A DNA stretch of 47,146 bases, taken from an uncultured Victivallales bacterium. GTDB lineage: Bacteria; Verrucomicrobiota; Lentisphaeria; Victivallales; GWF2-38-69. The notes beneath the pieces were generated by a model that worked only from the letters and a program-made list of their open reading frames with translations, was not told where the DNA came from and searched no databases. The DNA lies in NCBI GenBank assembly GCA_964625675.1, contig CAZVCD010000002.1:1-47146 (forward strand), written 5' to 3'. Shown here piece after piece: positions 25,562-35,815 of the stretch; position 1 is the stretch's first letter, and every line of letters begins with the position of its first letter. The translations under genes and the position numbers were made by a program.

Positions 25562-27883
25562 ATGAGAAAAAAAATACTATTTATTGCACTTTTACTCTTT
25601 GTTTTTTTATCGTTAACTTCTTTTTCATCAAATATTGCTTCTAAATCAGAAACAATTGAGTATTGGAACAAGGTTCTAATCAACCGTCAAAAAAAAATCT
25701 CGTATTTAAGAAATAATATTTCAACCTTCTTAAGTATTATAGATAATAAACGCTCAAATCTCAATAAATCCAAAGAGTTTACTGAAATAAAATTTCAACA
25801 ACTCAAATTTATTTTGCTAACCAGCTTTAACAGTCCTTATGTTTTTAGACTTACAGTCAAAGAATTAAGCAATCTTGAAAATCTATATACGAATGATTTA
25901 AACTCAAGCAAAAAAATACAGTTAAGTGTTAATCAATATCTAGGAATGTTAGATGAAGCTAGTGTGGCATTAAAAATATTAAAAGATAAAAAAATATCTT
26001 CTAAACTCAGAGAATCAATTCTGGAGATAGAAAAAGATATTTCTTACATACATGATGAGTTGCAAGCCCCCAAAAACAAGCTGAGTAAAGCTATAGCAAT
26101 TGCAGATAGCTTAAATTCTGTTATACAAAAAGAGAAAGAGGAGTTTGATCATTTTGTCTGGCATCAGATGCAGTATTACTTCCTAACACCTAGAGATTCT
26201 TTGTTTGTCGGTGAGACATGGACACTCTTTAAATATCATATTCAGGAGTGGCACACTATTGCATTTGATTCTTTGATAGAGAAACTCCCAGATTCTTTAA
26301 CAGAATGGCTCTACTTATTATTTTTTCTTGTTTGCGGAATTCCTGTCTTCTTTTTAGGTAACCTGTTATTTGAGAAATTATTTAAAAGAAAAAAAACTAA
26401 ATTATTTTATCACACTTGGTTTTGGTTTGTGGTTGCTGGCTGTCTAATGACATTTAATTATCATGCGATTTACTTTCCTGAAACACTCTTTACATATTCA
26501 ATTGCAGTTATATGTATTATTAGAGGTGTTATGGGGCTTTCGTGGGGATTAAAAAGTAAGCATAGCGTAACTTCTTCATTACCTCATCCACTTGAACCGT
26601 TATTTTGGCTTTACGTCTTTGGGATTATTTTACAGATATTGAATGTAACAAGTGCTGTTCTTACATGCCTATGGATCGTGGGAGAAATTGTTACTCTTTT
26701 CTTCATGTATCGAAAAATAAAGTTTCCATATCCACTCCTTGAACAAACAATTATAATTCTGTCAGTAATTGTTTGTTTTATATCAATAATAATTACTTCA
26801 GTAGGATTTGTTTTTCTTTCTATTCTAGGTTTATTAGTATGGTTTTTGTTAATAATAGGGCTAAAATTTGGTATTAACATAAATATAGCTTTTAAAAAAG
26901 CTGTCGCTTCATTCTGTGAAGAAAAATATAAATTAATTAAGCTCTTTATTCTAGGATTTGATATTCCGTTAATTTGGTGTTTAATCATTTTTTTCATTTT
27001 TTTCTGGCTTTCCAATCAGCTTATTGAAACAAGTCTTCTTTTGGATTCGCTAGATGCGAAAATAATGTTTTTTGGGGCTTCTCTTAATATCTTTTATATT
27101 ATTTTTAGTATTTATCTATTTTTTGTCTTTAAAACTATAATTAATCTGGTAAAAGCATCACTTAGCAAACTTTCAAAACAATCTAAAATTGATTCCTCTG
27201 TAGCACCTTCTATAACTATTTTGGTCTCATATGCAGCCTGGATTATTTATGCAATGATACTATTAAAACTTTTGGGGGTAAACTTTACAAGCTTAGCAGT
27301 GTTGGCTGGAGGGCTTGGAATAGGAATAGGAATTGGATTACGTGATATCATTAACAATTTTGCTTCTGGATTGATTATTTTAGCTGGACGTACTCTTAAG
27401 CATGGCGACATTATACAAACAGATCAGCATTGGGGTAGAGTTACAAAAATAACTATAAGATCTACTGTTATACAGACTTTTGATAATGCAATTCTCTCAA
27501 TCCCAAACTCTCAGATTATATCAAATAAACTGATAAATTGGACCCATAACAATGTTTTAGTTCGCAGGGATATATCCATTGATGTCGCCTATAATTCAGA
27601 TATAGAAAAAATTAATGAACTGCTTATACAAATAGCAAAAAAATCAGATCATATTTTAAGTAAACCTGAACCAATCGTATTGTTTAATGATTTTGGGAAC
27701 AGTGCATTAAACTTTATTTTGAGAATATGGATTGATGATATAAATTATATTGTTTCAGTGCCAAGCTCAATCAGGACAGAAATAAATAGAGTATTCAAAG
27801 AAAACAAGATCCAGTTTGCATATCCACAACTAGATATACACCTGGATCATAATAATACTGGAACTATACCTACAAATAGTTAG
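25562..27883 (+). CDS. Large mechanosensitive channel, MscS/MscK family
   Basis: Signal peptide, a coiled-coil periplasmic domain and many TM segments. MscS pore and beta-domain signature GLGIGIGIGLRDIINNFASGLIILAGRTLKHGDII...VTKITIRSTVIQTFDN. Confidence 0.88.
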   Translation: MRKKILFIALLLFVFLSLTSFSSNIASKSETIEYWNKVLINRQKKISYLRNNISTFLSIIDNKRSNLNKSKEFTEIKFQQLKFILLTSFNSPYVFRLTVKELSNLENLYTNDLNSSKKIQLSVNQYLGMLDEASVALKILKDKKISSKLRESILEIEKDISYIHDELQAPKNKLSKAIAIADSLNSVIQKEKEEFDHFVWHQMQYYFLTPRDSLFVGETWTLFKYHIQEWHTIAFDSLIEKLPDSLTEWLYLLFFLVCGIPVFFLGNLLFEKLFKRKKTKLFYHTWFWFVVAGCLMTFNYHAIYFPETLFTYSIAVICIIRGVMGLSWGLKSKHSVTSSLPHPLEPLFWLYVFGIILQILNVTSAVLTCLWIVGEIVTLFFMYRKIKFPYPLLEQTIIILSVIVCFISIIITSVGFVFLSILGLLVWFLLIIGLKFGININIAFKKAVASFCEEKYKLIKLFILGFDIPLIWCLIIFFIFFWLSNQLIETSLLLDSLDAKIMFFGASLNIFYIIFSIYLFFVFKTIINLVKASLSKLSKQSKIDSSVAPSITILVSYAAWIIYAMILLKLLGVNFTSLAVLAGGLGIGIGIGLRDIINNFASGLIILAGRTLKHGDIIQTDQHWGRVTKITIRSTVIQTFDNAILSIPNSQIISNKLINWTHNNVLVRRDISIDVAYNSDIEKINELLIQIAKKSDHILSKPEPIVLFNDFGNSALNFILRIWIDDINYIVSVPSSIRTEINRVFKENKIQFAYPQLDIHLDHNNTGTIPTNS

Positions 27884-27930
27884 AGCTGTCTGATTACTTA
27901 CTCTTTATTATTTTTAGGAATTAAGTCAGA

Positions 27931-28344
27931 TTAGTCTACTTTTTTACCTTTCATTATCGGGCAGTTCTGCATCTTCTGCTGTCTTTGCTCCGGTGTCTTA
28001 TCCTTCATCATCGGACAATTAGACATCATTTTTTGCATTGAAACCTTATCCATTTTATTGCCACTCATCATCGGGCAGTTTTGCATCATTTGCTGTTTTT
28101 GCTCGGGTGTTTTATTTTTCATCATCGGACTATTAGACATCATCTTTTGCATTGAAGCCTTATCCACCTTATTGCCACTCATCATCGGACAGTTCTGCAT
28201 TATTCCCTTGTTACATTCTTTTGTTTTTACTTGAAGCGTTTGTGTTGCACTCTTTTGTGGCATTTCAGTGTTTATGTTTTGAGCTAAGAGATTAAATGAG
28301 CTTACTAACAATACACACAATACTAGACTCGCTAATTTTTTCAT
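27931..28344 (-). CDS. Secreted Met-rich / Cys-Pro-motif tandem-repeat protein
   Basis: Signal peptide MKKLASLVLCVLLVSSFNLLA. Two 38-aa repeats plus a partial third. 22 Met in 137 aa by my count. Motif N[CS]P[MI]M occurs five times. Confidence 0.75.
   Translation of the reverse strand: MKKLASLVLCVLLVSSFNLLAQNINTEMPQKSATQTLQVKTKECNKGIMQNCPMMSGNKVDKASMQKMMSNSPMMKNKTPEQKQQMMQNCPMMSGNKMDKVSMQKMMSNCPMMKDKTPEQRQQKMQNCPIMKGKKVD
27934..28200 (-). repeat. 114-nt tandem repeat (2 units plus a 39-nt partial) inside the Met-rich gene
   Basis: Units at 28087-28200 and 27973-28086, partial unit at 27934-27972. The near-identical DNA is visible directly. Confidence 0.85.
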
Positions 28345-28362
28345 TTTCTTTTCCTTAAGCTT

Positions 28363-29433
28363 TTAAATTTCATTAGAGTCAAGAGTTATAATTTTGTTTG
28401 GATATTTTTTTACAACTTCAGACAATGTGCCTCTTGGTTCAACAGCTATAGCAAGTGTGCCAGGCTGTTCGGATACGTGTTTCATGATAAAATAATCACC
28501 TCCGCTATTTCCGGCAACAAAAATAATTTTGCTTTTCTCTTTTTTTTCTATATTGTTTCCAGCAATAACTTTCCCTTCGTCATCAACTATATAAAGTTTC
28601 TTTTCAGAATTTTTAACATATCTGTTGTCATAGACAACCGAAAAAATATCATCCTTCAAAAGTTTAAGTCCATTTCCAGCGATATGCCCGGTTTCAGCGT
28701 TGTATGGTACTTCGCATAATTTAAAATTATATTTTCTGTTTTTATTAAATATTATATTATTTTCTATATAGTTAAACATAACAGCTACAAAGTACTGGTT
28801 ACTGCCTGTGATTATCCATACTTTAAAGCCTGAATCAACCATTTTCTGTAAAACATCCAGCATTGGAAGAAATGCATATTTTTTAGGACTATAAGTGTCA
28901 AGATAATAAGCTACTGATGCTGACATATTCTTCGTGCTCATTCCTGCCGTAAATATTGATGTGTCTGTAAATTTGCTGTATTGATCAGGGTGGATATTCG
29001 TTCTTCCTTCTAAGTATTTATCTCTATTAATAACGTTATTTACAAAATCACCATCGTTTGTTTTAAACATTGGAAAAAGTGGAAATGAAAATTTCTTACT
29101 GTTGTAAGCTGCCCAAATATAATATGCGGGCTGACCGGCAAATTTTTTATTCTTCATTTCTTTTACAGAAATATTTTCGTTATAGAGGGTTCCATCCCAA
29201 TCAAAAACAGCTATTTTACCTTTGCCTTTATTCACTTCTATAAAAGAGTTTATCCTTACAAGTTTCTTGTAAGTCTTCCAGTTATTAAAATCCCAATGAG
29301 GATAATCGGCCTGAATAGGCGCTATAGTTTTTCCTTCGTAGTTTGGAACATGTTCTGTCGATTGGCAGGCTCCAAGCAGAAAAACTGTAGTTATGGCTGC
29401 AATCACCACAAAACTTTGATAGATTTTTTTCAT
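28363..29433 (-). CDS. Lipoprotein, HAD-superfamily phosphatase-like
   Basis: Lipobox LLGAC. HAD motif I FDWDGTLY, motif II IITGS, motif IV GNSGGDY. Confidence 0.7.
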   Translation of the reverse strand: MKKIYQSFVVIAAITTVFLLGACQSTEHVPNYEGKTIAPIQADYPHWDFNNWKTYKKLVRINSFIEVNKGKGKIAVFDWDGTLYNENISVKEMKNKKFAGQPAYYIWAAYNSKKFSFPLFPMFKTNDGDFVNNVINRDKYLEGRTNIHPDQYSKFTDTSIFTAGMSTKNMSASVAYYLDTYSPKKYAFLPMLDVLQKMVDSGFKVWIITGSNQYFVAVMFNYIENNIIFNKNRKYNFKLCEVPYNAETGHIAGNGLKLLKDDIFSVVYDNRYVKNSEKKLYIVDDEGKVIAGNNIEKKEKSKIIFVAGNSGGDYFIMKHVSEQPGTLAIAVEPRGTLSEVVKKYPNKIITLDSNEI

Positions 29434-29468
29434 TTTTTCTCCTTTTTTTTTAAATGTTTTTTTTAAAT

Positions 29469-30671
29469 TTATTCACGAAATGATTTCTTAGGTCCTTCTT
29501 TCATGTTTTCACTTATTGTCACATATAAAATAATTAGAAAAACCAACAGCATAAATATTCCACTCAAAACTATTATTGTAGGTATGCCGAAATGTTCCTC
29601 TACAAAACTTGAATAAAATTCTCCGGCATAAGTTCCTATTCCTGAAGCAGCAATAAAAAAACTAACTAAACGAGGTGAAGGGTTTTCCAGAATAAGAGTG
29701 CCAAAAGAAATTGCAGACCCATATATAGTTGAGCATCCCAACCCCAATACTGAAATTGCAATAAGCATCATTGTTCCGTTGACAGCGTAAAATATAAAAA
29801 AATAGCTAATAAAGGCAAGTACTGCTGAAAGCATGATATAAGTGTTTACATTCATTTTTACAAGAACAATACTGGCAATTAAACAGCCCAAACCGTAAAA
29901 TGCCCAAAAAAATGAAATTCCTAATGTAGCAACTGCTATTTTAATGTGTAAGTAATCTGTTAAAAATGTAACCACCCAGTAGTTAAATCCCATAAAGGAA
30001 GTAAATGTTAAAAAGATAGCAAAACCGATTAAATAGATATTTAATGTCCAGGGAGAGAATTTCTCTTTAACATCACCTTTATCTGTATGATGAAGATTTA
30101 CATTTGGAAGTTTTGTAAAGGTAAGAACTATTACAATAAAGGCCCAGACTATTAATACTATTACATATAATATTTTCCAATCAACGTGTCTAGCTAATAA
30201 CTGCCCGGCTAGAATAGGAAAACAGAAAGAACCAATAGCAAAAAACAGATCAAGAAGATTCATGCCTACTGAACGCTTATGTCCTTCAAAGCTATGAGCT
30301 ATTATGTAAAATGGAATTGTGACCAGAGCTCCAAACCCAAATCCCAGAACCAGCAATACTGGAATCATAGCAGTCATTGTAGGAGCGATGTACATAGATC
30401 CTAAACAGAATAAATATAATATTGCAATTAAATAAATTTCGACTTTGAGTGAAATATATTTAATGATGAATCCATTAGATAGTTGAGCAATTAGCATACC
30501 TAGCATAAATAGAGCGAACACAGTACCAGTATACGCTAAATTACTTTTAAAATCATGGGCAACTGAATCTTTTACTATAAATGGTAGTGATACGGCAATA
30601 CCTGTAATAAAAGTAAGAGAATAAGCTACAATTGATAATTTAATACGACCTATTTTCGAATACTCTTCCAT
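29469..30671 (-). CDS. MFS transporter
   Basis: A 400-aa, uniformly hydrophobic protein with about 12 TM segments in a 6+6 layout and a central basic loop (HHTDKGDVKEK). Confidence 0.75.
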   Translation of the reverse strand: MEEYSKIGRIKLSIVAYSLTFITGIAVSLPFIVKDSVAHDFKSNLAYTGTVFALFMLGMLIAQLSNGFIIKYISLKVEIYLIAILYLFCLGSMYIAPTMTAMIPVLLVLGFGFGALVTIPFYIIAHSFEGHKRSVGMNLLDLFFAIGSFCFPILAGQLLARHVDWKILYVIVLIVWAFIVIVLTFTKLPNVNLHHTDKGDVKEKFSPWTLNIYLIGFAIFLTFTSFMGFNYWVVTFLTDYLHIKIAVATLGISFFWAFYGLGCLIASIVLVKMNVNTYIMLSAVLAFISYFFIFYAVNGTMMLIAISVLGLGCSTIYGSAISFGTLILENPSPRLVSFFIAASGIGTYAGEFYSSFVEEHFGIPTIIVLSGIFMLLVFLIILYVTISENMKEGPKKSFRE

Positions 30672-30954
30672 TTTTTCTCCATTTTTTTATTTTATGATTA
30701 AAATTATTACAACAAGCTCTAGTGATTTTAATTCTATATGATATGTATCCATAAATCAAGTTCCCGTTTAACTAATTACTTCTAGGTCATATGTGGTGTC
30801 CTATTTTACAATTACTTTTTTTCATTAATATTTATTGGGAATTTGTTAAGAATGATAAAAAATGAGTTATAAATATTAGTGTTTTTTTTATACTAGTTGT
30901 ATTGTATACATGCTTGAAAATATGTTTTTTGACTGTAACCCAAGGAGATACACT

Positions 30955-31728
30955 ATGAAAAATAAACTTGAAATTGCTAAAAACTGGCTTCCGCGTTATA
31001 CCGGAATGTCTATAAATAAATTTGGAGATTATATGCTTCTTACAAATTTTAGCAATTATGTAGTCAAGTTTGCAAACCAATTCGGCTGTGATTTTTATGG
31101 TGAAAACAGAGCTATGCAGGCTGCAACAAACAGTCGTGGATTAAGTATTATAAATTTTGGAATGGGATCTCCTAATGCAGCTACAATAATGGATCTCCTT
31201 GTTGCAAGGAAACCTAAAGGCGTACTTTTTTTGGGGAAATGCGGAGGATTAAAACGTTCTACAGAAATAGGTCACTTTATCCTTCCAATAGCCGCTATTC
31301 GTGGAGAAGGGACGAGCAACGAATATTTTCCTCCCGAAGTCCCAGCGCTTCCATCATTTAAACTCCATAAGTTTGTTTCAGACAAAATAATTGAAAATGG
31401 GCATGATTATCGTACTGGTGTTGTATATACTACAAACCGACGTGTATGGGAACACGATAAGCCGTTTCAGGATAAACTTAAACGTCTGAGATGTATCGCA
31501 ATTGATATGGAAACTGCTACTCTTTTTATTGCTGGCTATTACAACGAAATAGCACGAGGAGCGCTTCTTCTCGTTTCAGATGTTCCGATAACTCCGGAAG
31601 GTGTCAAAACTGAAAAATCAGATACTTATGTAACCAGTAAATGGGTAGATATTCACTTGCAAACTGGCATTCAGGCTATGACAGAAGTAGGAGAAAAAGG
31701 TGAAAAAATTAAACATCTTAGATACTAA
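30955..31728 (+). CDS. AMP nucleosidase-like protein (short form, PNP/UDP phosphorylase fold)
   Basis: IAKNWLPRYTG...LLTNF N-terminus, GKCGGL, and IDMETATLF. AAGGAGA lies before ATG 30955. The track ORF starts at 30910. Confidence 0.7.
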   Translation: MKNKLEIAKNWLPRYTGMSINKFGDYMLLTNFSNYVVKFANQFGCDFYGENRAMQAATNSRGLSIINFGMGSPNAATIMDLLVARKPKGVLFLGKCGGLKRSTEIGHFILPIAAIRGEGTSNEYFPPEVPALPSFKLHKFVSDKIIENGHDYRTGVVYTTNRRVWEHDKPFQDKLKRLRCIAIDMETATLFIAGYYNEIARGALLLVSDVPITPEGVKTEKSDTYVTSKWVDIHLQTGIQAMTEVGEKGEKIKHLRY

Positions 31729-31871
31729 TTACAAACAGGCTAAAGGAAAATGTGTGCTATGCTTATCTTTTTTGAGACTGTCAACGTTTTAGCAAGTATT
31801 AAAAGATAAAGATTAAAAAATAAAATTTTTTTTAATCGTGCATAAAATTGCCTTTTATTAATGCTTAAAGC

Positions 31872-31900
31872 TTGACTATTTATTGTTTATTGGCTACAAT
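31872..31900 (+). promoter_or_regulatory. Sigma-70-type promoter candidate (TTGACT-17 nt-TACAAT)
   Basis: TTGACT at 31872-31877, a 17-nt spacer, and TACAAT at 31895-31900, about 95 nt upstream of serA. Confidence 0.55.
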
Positions 31901-31993
31901 CATATATGTTGTCAGCCTTTTTTAGCAGTGTGTTTTATTCTTAACTTTATGTTAATGAACAGTTATACTTTTTTAATATAAGAAAGAGGTAAA

Positions 31994-33217
31994 ATGATGA
32001 GAATTTTAATTGCCGATAAGTTTCAGGAAGCTTATCTTGAAGACTTAAATTCCCTGGGGCATGATGTGGTACTCAATCCCGATTTAAAAGCAGAAGAGCT
32101 GGTCAAAAAAATTGTCGGTTATGATGTACTTATCGTAAGGAGTACAAAGGTGAAAGCTGATGTAATAGTTGCTTCTGATAAATTAAGTCTTATTATCCGT
32201 GCTGGTGCCGGTGTAAATACTATTGATGTTGAAGCTGCTGCTGACAAGGGGGTTTTTGTCTGTAATACTCCGGGTAAGAATTCTGTTGCTGTTGCTGAAC
32301 TCGCATTTGGTCTTATGTTGTCGCTAGACAGAAAAATAGCGGATTGTACTCGGGATTTGAAAGATAAAGTGTGGAATAAGAAAAAATATTCTAAAGCAGA
32401 TGGTATTTTGGGAAAAACTCTTGGGATTATAGGGTTTGGTGAAATAGGTATTGCATTTGCAGATAGAGCTAAAGCCTTTGGTATGAAGGTTCTTGCTTAC
32501 GATCCTATAGCGGAGCAGAAAAAAACCTTTAAAATTGAACGCCGTATTGATGACAGGTTGTTTGCTTTTTGTCCTTCAATTGAAGAATTAGTTAAAGCCT
32601 CTGATGTAGTTACTATCCATGTACCGTCAAATCCCCATACCAAAGGAATGGTCGATAAAGAATTTTTAAAACATATGAAGCCGAATTCAATACTTCTAAA
32701 TACTTCTCGTGGGGATATTGTAGATGACAAAGCATTGATTAAGACTATGGATGAGAAAAACATTATGGTCGGACTGGATGTTTATAATGATGAATGTGCT
32801 ACGGCCACAGGAAAATTTGAAACACCTCTTTCAATGCACCCTAATGTTTATGGAACCCACCATATAGGAGCTTCTACAGAACAGGCTCAGAATGCTATTG
32901 CGGCAGAAGTAATTGAAATACTTAAGGAGTATGAAAAGGGAATTGTTCTTCACCCAGTTAACATGGAAATGGAACCTGTAGTCAAATATACAATTATAAT
33001 GCGTGTATTCGATCATGTAGGAGTATTAGCATCCGTATTATTGTTGTTAAAAGAGCAGGGAGTAAACCTGCAAGAGATGGAAGGGCGCGTTTTTTCCACT
33101 AAGAATGCACAGCAGATAATTCTTCATGTAAATAAATGTCCGGATGATGAGACTATTGCTAAAATACGTGAGGTAGATAATATAATTCAGATTGATGTTA
33201 AAAGCAGTGTTGAATAA
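31994..33217 (+). CDS. serA: D-3-phosphoglycerate dehydrogenase with C-terminal ACT domain
   Basis: GIIGFGEIGIAFA NAD-binding site, LLNTSRG, and HIGAST. ACT-like C-terminus (IMRVFDHVGVLASVL). Confidence 0.9.
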   Translation: MMRILIADKFQEAYLEDLNSLGHDVVLNPDLKAEELVKKIVGYDVLIVRSTKVKADVIVASDKLSLIIRAGAGVNTIDVEAAADKGVFVCNTPGKNSVAVAELAFGLMLSLDRKIADCTRDLKDKVWNKKKYSKADGILGKTLGIIGFGEIGIAFADRAKAFGMKVLAYDPIAEQKKTFKIERRIDDRLFAFCPSIEELVKASDVVTIHVPSNPHTKGMVDKEFLKHMKPNSILLNTSRGDIVDDKALIKTMDEKNIMVGLDVYNDECATATGKFETPLSMHPNVYGTHHIGASTEQAQNAIAAEVIEILKEYEKGIVLHPVNMEMEPVVKYTIIMRVFDHVGVLASVLLLLKEQGVNLQEMEGRVFSTKNAQQIILHVNKCPDDETIAKIREVDNIIQIDVKSSVE

Positions 33218-33295
33218 TATAACAAATACAGATTTAATCGCACTAAGTGTGTTAATTTTAATGTTTTTTAGATTAACAAAAAGAGAGGTAGAAAA

Positions 33296-34384
33296 ATGAG
33301 CAAGAGAGTTTTTAATTTTGGTGCTGGTCCGTGTACGCTTCCACTTTCAGCTTTAGAAGAAGCACAACAGGAATTTACGAATTACATGGATAGTGGTATG
33401 TCCGTTATTGAGCTTAGCCATCGCGGAAAAGAATATGATCAGACACATACTGAAGCAATGGCCTTGGCTAAAGAAATTTTTGGTGCACCTGAAGACTTTG
33501 AAGTTATGTTTATTCAGGGTGGTGCATCCATGCAGTTCTCTATGATTCCGATGAATCTTCTTGCTGACGGAGAAAAAGCTGCATATATTGATTGTGGTGC
33601 CTGGTCTGGCAAAGCGCTAAAAGATGCAACGTATTATGGGGATGCTTACGCTGCCTGGTCTGGCAAAGATGAAAAATATACTCGCATGCCAAAAAATAGT
33701 GAAATAAAATTGCAGCCTAATACACGCTATCTGCATATAACTACAAATGAAACCATTGGTGGAATCAGGACAATTGAATGGCCTGAAGTTGATGTTCCTC
33801 TGGTAGCTGACATGTCTTCTGATTTTATGACACGTCCTATCCCATGGGAAAAATTTGATATTGTATACGGTGGAGCTCAGAAAAATTTAGGACCTGCCGG
33901 TATGGCTGTTGTTTTTATCCGTAAAAGCATTTTAGATAAAACAAATAAAAATATTGGCGGATATCTTCGTTTTGATATTCAGTGTAAAAAAGAGTCTCTC
34001 TACAATACACCTCCTGTTTTCGCGATTTACATGATGGGTAAAGTTCTTAAATGGATGAAAAGTCTTGGAGGTTTAAAAGAAATAGAAAAAAGAGCTGATG
34101 AAAAAGCTGCTGTTGTATACGAAGCTATTGATGGAAGCAATGGATATTACAATTGCCCAGTTGCCAAAGAGAACAGATCTGTTATGAATATTGTATTTAG
34201 GCTTCCTACAGAAGAACTTGAAGCCAAACTTATTAAGGAAGCTACTGCTGCGGGCTTTATTGGTCTTAAAGGGCATAGAGATGTTGGTGGTTGTAGAGCA
34301 AGTTGCTACAATGCTATGAGCATGGAAGGTGTTCAGGCATTAAAAGCATTCATGGGAAAATTCCATCAGGAAAACCCGGCATAA
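33296..34384 (+). CDS. serC: Phosphoserine aminotransferase
   Basis: FNFGAGPCTLP, SHRGKEY, and GGAQKNLGPAG (PLP lysine). Confidence 0.93.
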   Translation: MSKRVFNFGAGPCTLPLSALEEAQQEFTNYMDSGMSVIELSHRGKEYDQTHTEAMALAKEIFGAPEDFEVMFIQGGASMQFSMIPMNLLADGEKAAYIDCGAWSGKALKDATYYGDAYAAWSGKDEKYTRMPKNSEIKLQPNTRYLHITTNETIGGIRTIEWPEVDVPLVADMSSDFMTRPIPWEKFDIVYGGAQKNLGPAGMAVVFIRKSILDKTNKNIGGYLRFDIQCKKESLYNTPPVFAIYMMGKVLKWMKSLGGLKEIEKRADEKAAVVYEAIDGSNGYYNCPVAKENRSVMNIVFRLPTEELEAKLIKEATAAGFIGLKGHRDVGGCRASCYNAMSMEGVQALKAFMGKFHQENPA

Positions 34385-34393
34385 ATATTTTTC

Positions 34394-34420
34394 TAAGGCA
34401 GCGAGAGAACTGCTGCCTTA
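34394..34420 (+). terminator. Hairpin after serC (TAAGGCAGC-9 nt-GCTGCCTTA)
   Basis: A 9-bp perfect stem starting 10 nt after the stop. The T-rich tract (TTATTTTTT) starts about 10 nt further on. Confidence 0.55.
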
Positions 34421-34510
34421 AGATAAATCTTATTTTTTGCCTTTTTGTTTTATTGTGATAGTTAACATTTTTGACTATTAACATGTTAAAAAGCAAATTT
34501 CTGAACACTT
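34420..34510 (-). repeat. Family-1 repeat, minus orientation
   Basis: The reverse complement is AAGTGTTCAGAAATTTGCTTTTTAACATG...ATAAAACAAAAAGGCAAAAAATAAGATTTATCTT. Confidence 0.75.
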
Positions 34511-34540
34511 AATTTTTTTTTAAAGTAAGGAGATAAAAAA

Positions 34541-35791
34541 ATGGCTGATATTAGACCTTTTAGAGGATATACACCTTCACCGGAATTAGCATCTCAAGTA
34601 GCAGCACTTCCGTATGATGTTATGTCTTCTGAGGAAGCAAGAGTTATGGCTAAAGGAAACCCATATTCTTTTTTACATGTAAGTAAATCAGAAATAGATT
34701 TTCCTGTTGGTACTGATTCGCACAGTGATGTTGTATATGAAAAGGGTGCTGAAAACTTACAGAAACTTATCAGTGAATGCATCCTTGTCAGAAGCGAAAC
34801 ACCATGTTTCTATATTTACAGACAAAAAATGGGTGATATTCAACAGACTGGTATTGTTGCTGGAGTTTCCGCATTAGAATATCAGTCAGGCCTGATTAAA
34901 AAACATGAGCATACGAGAAAAGAAAAAGAAGATGATCGAGCTAAGCATGTAACTATATTGAATGCTAATTCAGGACCTGCATTTCTTACATATCCGCATA
35001 GAGCTGGAATTGATGCTCTTGTCTCTGAGATTACATCAGAAAATCCAGATATAGATTTTGTTGCTGATGATGGTATTGCACATACACTTTGGATTGTTAA
35101 ATTCGAAATTCAAATCAAAAAAATTGTAGATTTGTTTAAAGAAATACCGGCACTTTATATTGCTGATGGCCATCACAGGTCTGCTGCAGCTTCAAGAGCT
35201 TGTATAATGCGCAAAGGAGCAAATCCAAATCATACAGGAAATGAACCATATAACCATTTTCTTGCTGTTATTTTTCCAGAAGATCAACTTTATGTTATGG
35301 ACTACAACAGGGTTGTGAAGGATCTCAATGGTTTAACTCCTTCAGAAGTTAAACAAAAGATTGAAGCAAAATTTGACGTTACAGAGCTCAATGTTGCTGA
35401 TCCAGAGGGTGCAAAGCCTAAGAAACGCGCAGAGTTTGGCATGTATCTTGATGGAAAATGGTATTCTCTGGCCCCGAAAGCAGGAGTTGTTCCGGCAAAC
35501 GACCCGGTAAAATCACTGGATGTATCAATTCTCCAGAACAATATACTGGATCCAATATTGGGAATTGATGATCCTCGGACGAATAATAGAATTGATTTTA
35601 TTGGTGGAATTCGCGGATTGAAAGAGTTGGTTCTCAGATGCAATAATGACTGCAAAGTCGCTTTTGCTCTTTTTCCAACAGGCATGGATCAGTTGATTGC
35701 AATTGCTGATACAGGTCAGGTAATGCCGCCGAAATCTACATGGTTTGAACCAAAACTACGTTCAGGTATGGTAGTAAAAACTATGGATTGA
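34541..35791 (+). CDS. DUF1015-family protein
   Basis: The N-terminus MADIRPFRGYTP...LPYDV, HE.TR.EKE.DR, and the ADGHHR block match my recollection of DUF1015/COG4198. Confidence 0.75.
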   Translation: MADIRPFRGYTPSPELASQVAALPYDVMSSEEARVMAKGNPYSFLHVSKSEIDFPVGTDSHSDVVYEKGAENLQKLISECILVRSETPCFYIYRQKMGDIQQTGIVAGVSALEYQSGLIKKHEHTRKEKEDDRAKHVTILNANSGPAFLTYPHRAGIDALVSEITSENPDIDFVADDGIAHTLWIVKFEIQIKKIVDLFKEIPALYIADGHHRSAAASRACIMRKGANPNHTGNEPYNHFLAVIFPEDQLYVMDYNRVVKDLNGLTPSEVKQKIEAKFDVTELNVADPEGAKPKKRAEFGMYLDGKWYSLAPKAGVVPANDPVKSLDVSILQNNILDPILGIDDPRTNNRIDFIGGIRGLKELVLRCNNDCKVAFALFPTGMDQLIAIADTGQVMPPKSTWFEPKLRSGMVVKTMD

Positions 35792-35815
35792 TAAATATAA
35801 TTCAAATATTCTTTT

